From positions 248,001-312,000 of the forward strand of contig JALDZX010000004.1 in NCBI GenBank assembly GCA_022813865.1: a DNA stretch of 64,000 nucleotides, in the 5' to 3' direction. Shown piece by piece: positions 36,496 to 49,374 of the stretch. The translations under genes and the position numbers were made by a program. The notes beneath the pieces are model-generated. The model was not told where the DNA came from. It ran no database searches and was given only the letters and a program-made list of their open reading frames with translations. The DNA is from Xylographa opegraphella. Lineage: Eukaryota. Each line of letters starts with the position of its first letter. The first letter of the stretch is position 1.

Positions 36496-39400
36496 TGGCA
36501 CCTCAGAATCACAGGCACCCTGTGAGAAGTAGGAGATATTGTTATGATAAAGGGTAAATGTTGGGATTGTGATGATTGCTTATAAAGACGACCAGCACTG
36601 CATATATATCGGACGGCACGATGGAAGGTGGCGGTTACTGAGCGTTTGTGCAGAACACGCTCGCCATTCATCCCCGAAACGCCGGTGTCAAGATAATGAA
36701 AGGGGCGAAAACAGCAGCTGCCCGACGAAGAGACGACCAAAAGGGCCAGAGACACAGTGAATTGTCGTTGAAGCAGCTCCCCTCAGCTTGAGCCTTGTTA
36801 CCCCTCCTTGCTGCCCCTGCACCTGCACAGCTACCAGGCCGAATACATTGTTCTGTATCACATGCTGTGACAACCGCAGAGTCCTTCAATCATATCGATG
36901 CCGCCACCGCCTGGAGTATTTCTCAATTATGTTTCCCACAATCTCGTGTAAGCTCCAAGTGGGACGAGATTCTCGGCAAGTCTTGGCCGTTCCCGGTCAA
37001 TGTACCGAGGGGAAGAAGGGTGGATGTCCGGCATTTACACGAACGTATCGTGAATATTGTGTTGGATGAGTGTGTGAACTGAGGCGTTCCTGGGAGTGCC
37101 TTGATCGGTCAAACCATCCCACATTGAGGCGACTATGCGACAATACTATGCCGTTCTCTGAATGCGAGGAATGGCTACATTGGTCGCCTCGGAAGCGTTA
37201 AATAAATGTGGAAAGATAGGATAGGGGAGAGCCTCGAAGTGCGTCTACTGAGCGCCCTTGCATCACGCTTTACTACCTCACTGCGCTTGGCACCAGAGTG
37301 TATGTTCTCAAGTCGCTGATCAGTGGTTACAGATCCACAACTCGACTTCAAGTCATTAGCCGAAATGATCATATTGGACACACTCCTTCCGCTTTCAACT
37401 GGGCCGTTTAGCAAAGCGCGGGAGCGGGAGAGCCAGCCAACTCGAGGAAGGCTCGGAGCGGATAGGAAGTTGGAACGACCCATGTTTCTGAGGAGACACT
37501 GGGGGTGCAAAGATTGCTACTGCTCCTTCGTCTCGATATGTAGGACTCTCACGTTCGTGCTCAGACGTGGCAACAATGCTGCTTCGCACTTTAGGGGCTA
37601 GTGTCTCGGTTTCTAATCCAGGATTTTGCACAAAGCATTAGGTGAGAGGGCATGGCAAGATGCGTCATTCAATGCCTGTCCTCCCATGTGGTCAACGTGC
37701 CCCGGATACTACCACACAATCAAGAAGGTCGTTTGCGGGAGAGGGCAAGCCAATCATCGTCCGGTAGCCGATCCTTTCGACCGTTCCACATCCACGGACT
37801 GCGACCGAGCAGCAGCTGACGCCGATCACCGCTTCGATACGACTGGCTAACTTGCACACAACCGTAGCACGAAGCGGACATATCTCCTCTTTCGATAGAT
37901 GCTGTGCTGCGTCGGATCCTTCCAGAAGGATACAGGAAGCATGTGGCTGCGAGCAACGGCTGTGTGGCCTGTCAACGAAGATGTTAGTCGAAGGTACTGT
38001 GCCGTATCGCTACGTCGACTCGTCTCAACTTTCCCCACTAGGCTCCAGCGACTGAGCCATCAGAGTGTACGAAGCAGGACATGTGTGTGGTCGCTCTGAA
38101 GACTACCCAGAAAAGGTGGCAAGATAGCGTGTACACTGCTCGAACTTGCCCAAACATAGCCTCATGGCCGCGCATACCAGATATTCCTGTCGTGCGTGGG
38201 GGTACCAGAGAGATCTGAGATCGAAATTATAAATCGCAAGATCCAACAAAAAAGGTCAACCTCGTCTTGTCTGAAATGAATGCGTACGCTCACGACAGTC
38301 ATAACTGCCAACAGCCGTCTGGGGTGCTTTGATACGACTAGATAGGGCTAGAACGGTCACGCAAAATCCAGTCCCCTGATACTTACCACATTGGAGTCTC
38401 TCACTTCGACTTTACGGTTGGAACACGTTATGTACTTCTCATACCTGCAGCGCCCAAAAAGACGAGAAAGACTTTCTAGCATTCCCATCCAGCTGGGTTC
38501 CCTTTGAGGGAGCCGTGTGGCAGCCTGAGTTTCGTATGTTGACTGTCTTTACTAAAACGGTTGGCTGTGCGAGGTCTGCGAGCGGACAAGCCTGCAATAT
38601 TGCTGACAGACAGAGGTCACGATCGACGAAGCTATTAAAAGGACACCAAATACACATTAGAAAGGGCAACACTATGACCTATGACCATGTCTTGACAGAG
38701 TAGAGAATAACAGCTACGGAAGTGCGTAGAATATCCGGGAGGCACAAAGCGGTGAATTGGGCCTGGCGCAGGGGCTGGGTCCCCTGTACCAGCCTGTCCG
38801 TTCACGTTGTACGGGCGTGTCCAGGGGCTTCAGCTGCCGGCGTCGAGCCCCCATCCCTTGCGATGCTTCGCTGTGGGCTGCATTGGCTTCGTAGCGACGC
38901 GAGAGCCCCCGGCCACATCCTACATAATGTATGGAGGAGTATGTTTTCCGTAATAAAATATTATTGAAGGCGCCTCGGTCGTTTAGAACCCTAGATAGAT
39001 CTAGCGATAGGTCGTAGTCTCACATGAGAGATTGCGTGTCATACTGTAGCTGTATCTCACCGAGTCGCCCACGTTTTCATCCCTGTCTGCAGCCTTCACT
39101 TACCCGGTCGCCTGTTCCGCCGCGTCGATCTTTGGAAACTCCCCACACTCTTTCAACTGCTTGCTACTTGCCCGAACGTTATTGCTCGAGAGCAGATCCT
39201 ACAATTTCTGTGCTACAAGAGGCCTCGTATATCCTCCCTTGGCTGCAAGGGGTATCGCTGAAAGTTGAACCATCCCCTTCGAGCATCAGCTGCGGGCGCC
39301 ACTCCAGCCCGCACGGCATCGAACGAATTGCATAGGACTACGCAAGGCTTCCTGCATGTAGCTCACAATACCATTGCATGACCCCCTCCAGCTTCTCTTT

Positions 39401-39755
39401 GCGGATACTTTTGCAAAGCGGCACTTGTCAGCAAGCCATCACCTCTGTTGTGCAAAGGCACCGAGTCTGAGGCACCTTCAATACGCTTTGTCACCGTTGG
39501 ACGTATCTCAAGTGGTGTGGGTGGTAGTTTGCTGCACATCACCAGCTGACAGACATAGGCTCAGCGCCCCGGGCTGAACCACTGAGAAGAGACAAGATCT
39601 GCGCGAAAGTACTTACCTCAAGGCTCATTGGCCATCGCATACACGTTTGGACTCCCCCGTGAATACCAACTCGATCTGGTCCACAACTTTCAATCAACGA
39701 CACTCTCTCAACCTGATTATGCGACAAAACACAAAGTACTGCCCAGGTCTCAAAG

Positions 39756-42700
39756 ATGTATACCAATCGAGTCGTTGCTCCGCTCACTATTAACACAATC
39801 AACGACCGGAAACCTGGCGTCTTCACTGCGGCAACATTCCGATACACAGAGGAGCCGGTAACCTCGGCTTCACGCAGAAGGTCACCGACAAGACAGAGTG
39901 GAAGACAAACATCCCTTGATACATCTTCCCCGCGCAGACAGCCAGTATCTCCTCAGAGAGCTGGCATGACTGCTTATCCGGGCAGTATCGCGACACCACC
40001 TGGCATGTATGTTCGAGCTCTCTACGATTATGATGCCGACGATCAAACCAGTCTCAGCTTTCATCAAGGAGATATTATTCAGGTCATAACGCAGCTGGAA
40101 AGTGGGTGGTGGGACGGAATTATCAACGATGTTCGCGGATGGTTTCCGAGCAACTATTGTGCGGTCGTCGCCGGCTCTGGGGACCATGGTTCTAGTAGTC
40201 TGCAGGCCATGCATGGAGAAGAAATGTCGGGCGAGTCAGGCACTGAGGATGACTTGGAAGATTTCGAGGGCCCCCACAATGGAATTGGACCTCATGCCAA
40301 CGGTACTCTAGATGTTTCAACTGACGAGGCGGTCGATCAGGACTCAGAAGAAGCGGCGTTCTGGATACCTCAGGTCACTCAAGATGGACGGTTATTCTAC
40401 TTTAATACACGCACAGGAGTCTCAACGATGGAGCTACCGCTCGAAACGCCCACGACGATCAACGAGACAGGACCACGTGATCGTATGAATATTCGTGCTC
40501 CTGATCAGACTAGGCCACCTCCGGAGATGATGGCGGGCGGCTATCATCGTGACGAGGATGAGGACACCTCGGCTTCGGAGGCAGAAGCAGAGGATCTGAT
40601 ACGTGCATCTCATGGCTCTCTACCTAGACGACGCCGTTCTTACATTTCCGATGGTGTTTCACCCACTGCCTCGATGGACTCACTTAACACCTCACCCGTT
40701 GTACGCACGCGAAATGATTCCCGGGACTTTCACCATCCTTCCCAAGTGAATACTTCGATGTCCACTGTTGGCACTTCATTCACTGGCAACTCTATAGGCC
40801 AGTACCCAAACGTAGTAGCCCCTCGATCCTTTTTCGATGACGGCAACGCACCACCAGTTACTTGGAATCGGTTGGTCGAGAATATGCGCAAAGCAATCGA
40901 ATTGTACAGACAAGCGATCAACAACGCTGACCGAGCGGAGTATGTCCGTAAGGCTGAAGATATTTCGGATCATCTGCGCATGCTGCTTGCTGCAGGTTCG
41001 ACTACTACCGACAACCACTCTGGAAACCCTTCTGTGATCTCAACCAACAAGGCTTTGTATCCACACTTCCGTGAGATGATGTCCAAATTCTCCAAGCTGG
41101 TGTTGTCTTCTCATATCGCAGCCGCAGACTACCCGGCCGCGGACTCATATTCAAAATGTCTTCAAGAGGCTGAAGGCGTTTTGAACGCAGTGTATGGCTT
41201 CGTCGAAGTGGCTCGATCTCAGCGAGGTGAAGATATCACCCGCTTGAGGCCTGGATTCGTTATCGGGAGTCTTGTTGGAGGAAGTTGGCTTAACAATAAC
41301 CTTGGAGTGCAGAATCCGAATTCGATGGCCTCAACCTCCTTCATGGATCCAGATGACTACGAGCTTTTTACCGAGCCATCCGCCAAATTGGAACCGATGC
41401 TGTTAGAAAGAATGGATGATTTGAAGCGAATGATTGTGTCTAGCATAAGGCGGCTTGATGAACAGCTCGTCGTCACTGAGAAAATCATCACCTCCATACG
41501 ACATGAACAGCTTAGTAATTCGATATGTGCTGCCGCTGGGAAGGTGATTGAGTTCTTCAGACCCTACATCTCAACAGTGGAGTCGATCAACCTTGCTTCC
41601 CTTGGCTCTGTATTCCAAAATTCACAGCTCAACGACTTCAGTGCGCAGAAGCAGCGCCTTTACGATCTGATAGCTGGCTTGCTGGTTGCTTGTCAAACAG
41701 TAGCAGGACCTCTAAGTGATGAATGGGCAGATGTTAGAGGCGAGCCTTTGGAGAACAGAATCCAGGACGTGCGGAGTATTACACGGCAGCTCGAGGCCTC
41801 AGTATCTCAGGTCTACTTTTCGTTACAGCTGCTTCTGGAGAATACCCCAAAACAAGGCTCTCCAAAGCACACTCGAGATCTCGCGAATCGCGATTCACAT
41901 CGACGCACTGATGGTGGTGCGACATATGACCAACAGTTGCATCTTCGCAACACTTCCAATGCTGTTCAAAGACCAATGCTGTCGGATGTCGGCCAGTCTA
42001 TCTCCCACTCCGAAGGTCTCGATCCTGCTTCCGAGAATTACCGTATCGAGAATCGTAAGGTGAAGGATTTTTTTGGCGAATCACCATTTGCCGACGAAGT
42101 GCCCGCATTCTTGAGATTGGATCACGAAGGGGAAATAGCCTACGATATGAAGACAACTCCACCTGGGCTGAGAGGGGGTACACTCACGGCACTTGTGGAA
42201 CGATTGACACGGCATGACCGACTTGACTCTGCGTTTAACAATACGTTCCTCCTCACGTATAAATCATTCACCTCCGCCTCCGATTTGTTCGAGATGCTGG
42301 TGAAGAGATTCAGCATACAACCTCCTCGTGGCATAACACAAGATAATTACCAGTGTTGGGTTGAAAAGAAGCAAAAGCCAATCCGTATTCGAGTTGTCAA
42401 CATCATGAAAAATTGGTTTGATTCTTATTGGATGGAAACCAATGACGAAACCAGCTGTGAACTGCTCCGCCGCGTTTACGCATTTGCCCAAAACTCAATT
42501 GCCACTACCAATACGCCTGGTGCGCCTGCGTTGATGGCCGTTGTTGAACAACGGCTTCGAGGTCAAGATTCTACTGCCAAGCGATTGGTACTCACGATAA
42601 ACACGGCTAATACTCCGCAACCAATCATGCCAAAGAACATGAAGAAGCTCAAGTTCTTGGATATTGACGTTACGGAATTTGCTCGGCAACTAACAATTAT

Positions 42701-43924
42701 CGAGTCACGACTATACGGCAAGATTAAGCCTTCAGAGTGCCTTAACAAGACATGGCAAAGGAAGCTCGATAGGGACGAGCCCGAGCCAGCTCTCAACGTT
42801 AAAGCGCTGATTCTGCACTCAAACCAGTTAACAAATTGGGTTGCGGAGATGATATTGACTCAGGCGGATGTCAAGAAAAGGGTGGTCGTCATAAAACATT
42901 TTATTTCCGTTGCAGACGTAGGTTTACAATCACTGCTGTGGTCAACATCCTTGCTAACTATCGCAGAAATGTCGACAAATGAACAACTTCTCAACGCTCA
43001 CGTCAATTATTTCCGCACTTGGCACAGCTCCCATACACCGTTTGAACCGGACATGGGCCCTCGTTAACGCTCGAACTATGTCTGTCCTTGAAATCATGCG
43101 AAAGTTGATGAACAGTACCAAAAATTTTGCAGAGTATCGCGAAACACTACGAGTCGCGAATCCACCATGCATTCCATTCTTTGGTAGAGAAGTCCACCCC
43201 AAACCAGTAGTCACCAATACTAATACATCACAAAGGGGTTTACCTTACAGATCTTACTTTTATCGAAGATGGCATCCCGTCGGTCATCAAACGATCCAAT
43301 TACATCAACTTCGCCAAACGAGCTAAAACCGCGGAAGTGATTAATGATATCCAGAAATACCAGAACGTCCCATACCCGCTCCAACCTGTTCCAGAACTTC
43401 AAGATTATATTCTCAGCAACATGCAAGCAGCAGGGGATGTGCACGAAATGTATGACAAGAGTTTGTCAGTGGAGCCGAGGGAGCGGGAGGACGAGAAAAT
43501 CGCAAGGTACCGTAGACATTTCTCATCTTCATTTTCATCACATGGTTTAGCGGTGCTAGCCGTCGGCTGATGGCGCCTTCGTTTCCTCAACTCGTTATGA
43601 TTGTCGGCTTGTCGATTTGTGCGGAAGCTAGGGCTGTGGGTCAACCGTTATAGACAGGTATCTGCATAAAATCTAAGGGTATCATATCATCTAGGTTGGG
43701 GTTTCAGGTTGGATTGGGACGATGCACAATTACTGTTAATGAACACTCATGTTGTGCGACGCAGCCTACCTTATTGTGTAGCTCTATATGTCCTAACCCC
43801 TTCATTATATTCCCGTGCCGCAGAGGGCTCTTGCATGATTGTGATTAGTCATATTCGACTGAGCCTGAAGGTTGCTGACGCGTCAACTGTGAACAGGCTT
43901 CTTTCTGAGTCTGGATTTCTGTGA
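39756..43924 (+). CDS. cdc25: Ras guanine-nucleotide exchange factor Cdc25 (SH3, WW-like, RasGEF_N, RasGEF)
   Basis: SH3 (YVRALYDY...GWWDG...GWFPSNY), WW-like (WIPQVTQDGRLFYFNT), GGTLTALVERLT, EFARQLT and PPCIPFF|GVYLTDLTFIEDG. Last exon R|LLSESGFL* follows intron 43507..43896. Confidence 0.96.
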
Positions 43925-46900
43925 TGGGAGTGGAGTCCTCAAACCATGTCACTCTACCATGTTACCGTGGCAGTCAAAAAATGCTCGACTGCAATTATGA
44001 AACAAAGAAAGCCGAGTACCTCAGGCTTGACACCTCTGTGACCGTTATGGATCCTATCAACGACGAACCCGTGATGATCCGGACAATAAATGGGGGACAG
44101 CAATTTTATCGGATTCATCTACCTCGGATCACGGGTGAATCTCCGGTACACCTAATACTAGATAGCCCACCGAACACTTCCTGGCTTACGGATGCAGTGT
44201 GTTTGCAGCCTACATTTGATACGTGCAGCGGCCAGCGACCGACGGACTGTCCTCTACCTCGTCTGGCAGTACTGGACTCGCTAAGGCATGGAATAGGAAC
44301 TAACGAGTCTGTCGTGCGACAAGCAGAACGAATGAAATGACCGGATTGCGGCTGCCGCATGCGGACCCGATGCACCACAGTTTGGAGGTTGGGAACAAAT
44401 CACAAGAGGATGACGGGCTTGCGCCAATTGTTCGAGGCGTCTTCCTGACAGCGGTCGTGCATTCGCAGCTTTCGCTCTGGATTGATCGGGTGGCATCACA
44501 GGCTGCTGCGCTCTGCATGAGGGACTGCTCCCTCACAGCACACGGACCAAGCGTTACCTGTGAACCTCACTTCGCTTTCAGCATGGATTCAGATTGGAGC
44601 TGCTTCGACGTCCCTGCCGGGCTGGTATGGCGGCTCTAGTCCGCAGCATGCACCCGTGCTACCGCTACGGCTGTAACGCAATGCGCGGGCGAGCGATCGG
44701 CCCGCCTAGCGCCGGAGAGCGAGCGCTGATGCTCCGGCGATGGCCTTCGAGTTTCGATGGATCGCGATGAGCGTTGCAGGACCTGGTGGAGGGGGTGGCT
44801 TTCGTACTGGGGAGGAAATGCAACATGGTTGATGAATTAGTCATGGCTCTCTGAAGCGTTGTCTCTGCTCTGCGACTGTAATGGCTCCTTCGAACTTCGT
44901 GCTCCCGCGGTCCCACAACTGTCTACCCTCCTGCCCTACGACACAAGCACACTGGACAACCACCCTCCCACTCCGTTTATTCCTCGGGATACTTCGTGGT
45001 TCTCTATGGGTTACTTCGCTCGACAGAGCCCTCTCATCGAAGCCAACACCCATAGAAAGCGTTGTCCTCCCTCCCCCAACCTCCCGCTCGCGCTGCGCAC
45101 GATTCCCACAGTCTCCTACCGTGACATAGTCTCCGCCTGCCCAGCGGCGAATCCTCTGCTTTAAAAGTCCCACACACTGTCCTCCTTGCAAGCGCACATA
45201 CACCACCCCGCTCGTGCACCCCGTATCCCGACGCGATAGTATGCATGCCGAATGCGACGCGACGCGTTTGGAGGCTGGAGCCCTGTAGGCGTGATGCAGT
45301 GGATGATGGTGCTGAGGGAGGGACAGGATGGCTGTGGGGCATTGTGGCAGGCGGGGAGGGAAGGAGGATTAGGGCGGGTGGCTTCGGAAGGGATGATGGG
45401 AGGGAATGGAGGAGAGGGGGTTGGAAGCTTTTTTTTAGTGGTGTGTGCGGAGCGCGAGCGGAGGGTTTGGCAAATAGACGAATGGGGATGTTTTGAGGGT
45501 GTGGGCTGGCGGTGGGTGGTGTGGCAGGGTGGTGCTCGAGAGGCGAGGTTGGCTGGGGGGGGAAATGTTGGGGATTGCTGGGCAGGTAGCGGAGGGATCG
45601 TTAATAGGGTCGGAGCTTTTTGTGGTATTGCTGCTTGAGATATAGTTTGGTTGAGAGAGCGAGCGAGAGAGAGATCAGGGGCTCCTGGAGAGATGTTCCG
45701 CTGGATGGGGTTCCGCTGGTCTGTGCTGGCTGTTCGGGACGGTTCATACTCGACAGAGCCAGACCGGAACAGAGTGAGTATATGCAAGGAGTGAGATTCA
45801 TGATACATGTAGAAGACCAACATGGACTTGGTATAGGGGACATTGATACATAAAGAAAATGGCTCTTTCTGTTTATTGCTACTACAGCGGCATTCCATGC
45901 ACATTCCATGAGCCAAAAGCTTTGGGTAGACCGCTAGTCGTCAGATAATGTGGTTGAGAATATGTCGTCAACAGGCAAGAGAAGAAGACTGTAACAAGTT
46001 TCTCCATATGTTTCCCTAGGAGACCAGCATTCGTACAACTCCGAAAGTATTACCCTCACTTTCATGGAGCCAACCCGATTGAGCTGATTCTGAAACAGCA
46101 AACCCCAAGAATGATGTAAGATGAATTCTTTCGGTCTAGCAGGTTCAATGGGTCGAAGACTATCGGCCCTCACCTTGTCATAGGATCAAGACTTCACACT
46201 AGCTTTTCTTGGCCCTTATATCCAGGATCCCGGGCAGAGTCAGGATTGCAGAGTCTGATAACGTGAGTTCCCGACTGCTGAAAATACAGCTACCTGAGAG
46301 CGTCGGGTACCACGTATCGGAAGCTGTGCGAGGGAGTGAGGCTTTGTGAAGACAATAGGAAAGAACAACTCCAATGAGTTCCAATGTCGTTACTTATAGA
46401 GACAATTGAACACCAGAAGCAATACAAAGCTTGCCTATTCAACATGATGATGACGATACTAAGTGCGCTTTAATGCCGAGAATAATTCTCTTGGTCCTTT
46501 CTAGGACTTGTGCAGCCTGGCACTGCTTTTTACGGGAGCTTGGCTGAGATAAAGCTTTGCAAGCATTCCACAGAAAGCAATCAACGATGTTTGCATCCTA
46601 ACGATCAAAATGCTGGTCTTACCTCACGGACTGAACATATGAGGCCGCAATCGACCCGCGAAACAGTAAGCAAGGAAAGGAGTCGGCGTCGGCGGCAACG
46701 CTTCGGCGTAAGTGAGACATGGTTGCTCTGCTCATGCGAGTCCTGTGTTGCCGCTGCCACAGACCTCTCCGGACCGACAGCTAGGTGTAGCGCGCAAGGC
46801 GTGTCGCACAATAAGTTCCCGGCCAAACCGGCTCAAGCAATAGACTGGCTCATGCAACTGGACTGGCTACTCCCAGATCGAGTCTTCCGTCGTACAGATC

Positions 46901-47641
46901 GGCAAGCTGCAGCCGCGCTGAGTGGAGGGTCTAACCACACAGTAGACGCCTGATGTGAGGAGCAGTCCCACAGTGATGAAGTGTACAATTGAAAGCGGAG
47001 CGTCGGAGACGTTCTTTAGGCATTGCCTTTTATGTACAGAAGTACGACGATGCGTCCCTGCAGATTCGGCGAGAAATTTCATGCAAGGGCACAAGGTGCT
47101 GTTGTGAGCTAGCTCAGTGTTCATCTCAACATCCCTTGCTGCACTCTATGAACAGCCATCAATTCTCATGAAATTACGAGGGAGTTGTAGCAAACAGCAC
47201 CATCGAGATGGCGTCCAATATGAAAATCAGAGCTGTCAGACTTGAGAAGTGTCAATGTTAATTTTCTCGTTTTTGGTACAAGCAAATAGGCGTACGGGAT
47301 TGAGCTTTCCCGCACTTTATAGTGTCCGAAGGGATGCAGTATGCAGCCAACCGCAGCTGGTGTAGCCTTCGATGCGAGGGGATAGCAGGTCTGTATCTCT
47401 GTGCATCTCTGACGAGCATCTTCTACCATCACCTCCAGCGATCTCAACCATTGATGGCGCGCACATTCCTTTCACCTTTCTCTCTGCAATCCGAACCTCA
47501 CTCATTCAGCTTCATCCTTCAGTTCCTCAAGATCGGCGAATAACGTGGATGTAAAATTACTTCTAGGCTCTGTTGACCAGTTTTTTGGCGGAGGCCTTGG
47601 CTTGTGATCCGGAAAAGACTGTATTTATTTGGAGCTTCAGC

Positions 47642-49374
47642 ATGTTTCTACGGTCTCCGGTAACTCGAGACTCCACTATGTCGACAGAAGGTCTCATGAT
47701 CCGTGAATTAGGCCTCGGAGGTCGGGGCAGTCTTCTGGTCATCGTCTCTATCATTTTCAACTTAGTGGCGATATTGATGGTAGTTATGCGGATAATCTCA
47801 AGAACTTTGTGTCTGAAGGAACGAGGTTGGGACGACTATACAATCCTATTCTCAGTGGTAAGCACACAGACAGATTCCTTTCAGTTGTATCCAACGATCT
47901 GCTCCAAGTGCGGAGTTATTATGGTGGCAATAATATCAACTTTTGTGTGATACATGTCTCGCAGTAGAATCTCTTCAACGGAGCTTGTCTTTTTGTCGTT
48001 TGGTCGCGCGAAACTTACTCTACCCTCCCTTTGTCGGTTCGATATTTTATCACCCTTTGCAAGTATATCCCAGGCTGACTGAGAAGCCACGTACCACAAA
48101 GCATAAGCTAACAAGCTCTAACCAGATTGTTGCGTCTTGCATGACAGTCGTGAACTGCCTGGGTAGGTAGCAAAATAAGGGGTCAGATTTCAGCTATCCA
48201 TCCTAACGCAATCTTCAGATGTGTATTTTGGGTTCGGACAACTCTCAACATCGTTATCAACCAGCGACCTGCATGAAGCACTCAAGGTATGTCGAGCACT
48301 ACGTGAGTCTTGCATGTTCTATGGTTGATAGAAAAACCTAGCTCTTTTGGGTCAGCCAGATAATATACAAAGTAACGATAACCGCGACTAAGGCTTCCAT
48401 ACTCTTCCTATATCTTCGAATTTTCCCACACCAGGGATTTCGATATGCCACCTTCGCAGTCATGACATTTGTCGTAGGGTATGCATCGGCTAGTATCATT
48501 GTTACCATATTTCAATGTCAACCAATCAGCCGTGTCTGGGACAAGAGTGCTCCCGGCCACTGTATCAATCTGACGGCATTCTGGTATTCCAATGCCGCTT
48601 CGAGTATCATCAGTGATCTAATGATCTTCGTCCTCCCGATACCTCTCATCCACAGCCTTCACCTGCCCAAGAGACAAAGGGTTGCTCTGGTTATGGTTTT
48701 CGCGCTGGCAACATTGTGAGCTTTTCCTGCTCTATATAAAGAGGCTCGAATATCATTTGACAAGATATGGTAGCGCTGAAAGCGAGTCTTGGTGTTACAA
48801 GAAGCATAGAGTGCTGACTTTTGCCAGTGTGTGTGTCACCTCAGTTCTCCGTATGACAACTTTGGATGTTGCTTCGAAGTCCACTGACCAGACTTATGGC
48901 ACCCTTCTTTCGACAACCTGGACCACCGTGGAAGCAAATACGGGTATCATTTGTGCGTGCATGCCAATGCTCCGAGGACCCATATCTTGCATCTTTCCAC
49001 GCTTATTCGCCAGCAACACCAATTCCGCCAATTCTTCAGGTCACTCCTGGCGCCTCCGTCGATCATCTGCCTCAACGTATCCCGCAAGGGCGTATACTAC
49101 TCGAAGTCGTGGTCCGCGCTTGGCTCCAATGTTACCGCCGCCTGCAAACTTCGCTCCTCGCTCTCCTACCTGTACTGGTTGGGTGCATCGTCCGGCTCCG
49201 GCGGAAGGTAAGCCACCACCTCAGTATACGCAGCGCGAGGTTTCCCTGGCATCTCATGGAAGCCAGGATCCGATCATATCAGCATTACCTACCGACGACC
49301 AACCAATCCCAATGGGCACTATATCGAAGACAACAGACGTCGAGGTTCGTTTTGATGATAACCACTCATTGTAA
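47642..49374 (+). CDS. PTH11-like integral membrane protein (no CFEM seen), multi-exon; alternative start at 47678
   Basis: RIISR...GWDDYTILFS, TKASILFLYLRIF, IFQCQPISRVWD...GHC, DLMIFVLPIP...LHLPKRQR and WTTVEANTGIICACMP. Canonical GT-AG introns. Confidence 0.9.
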
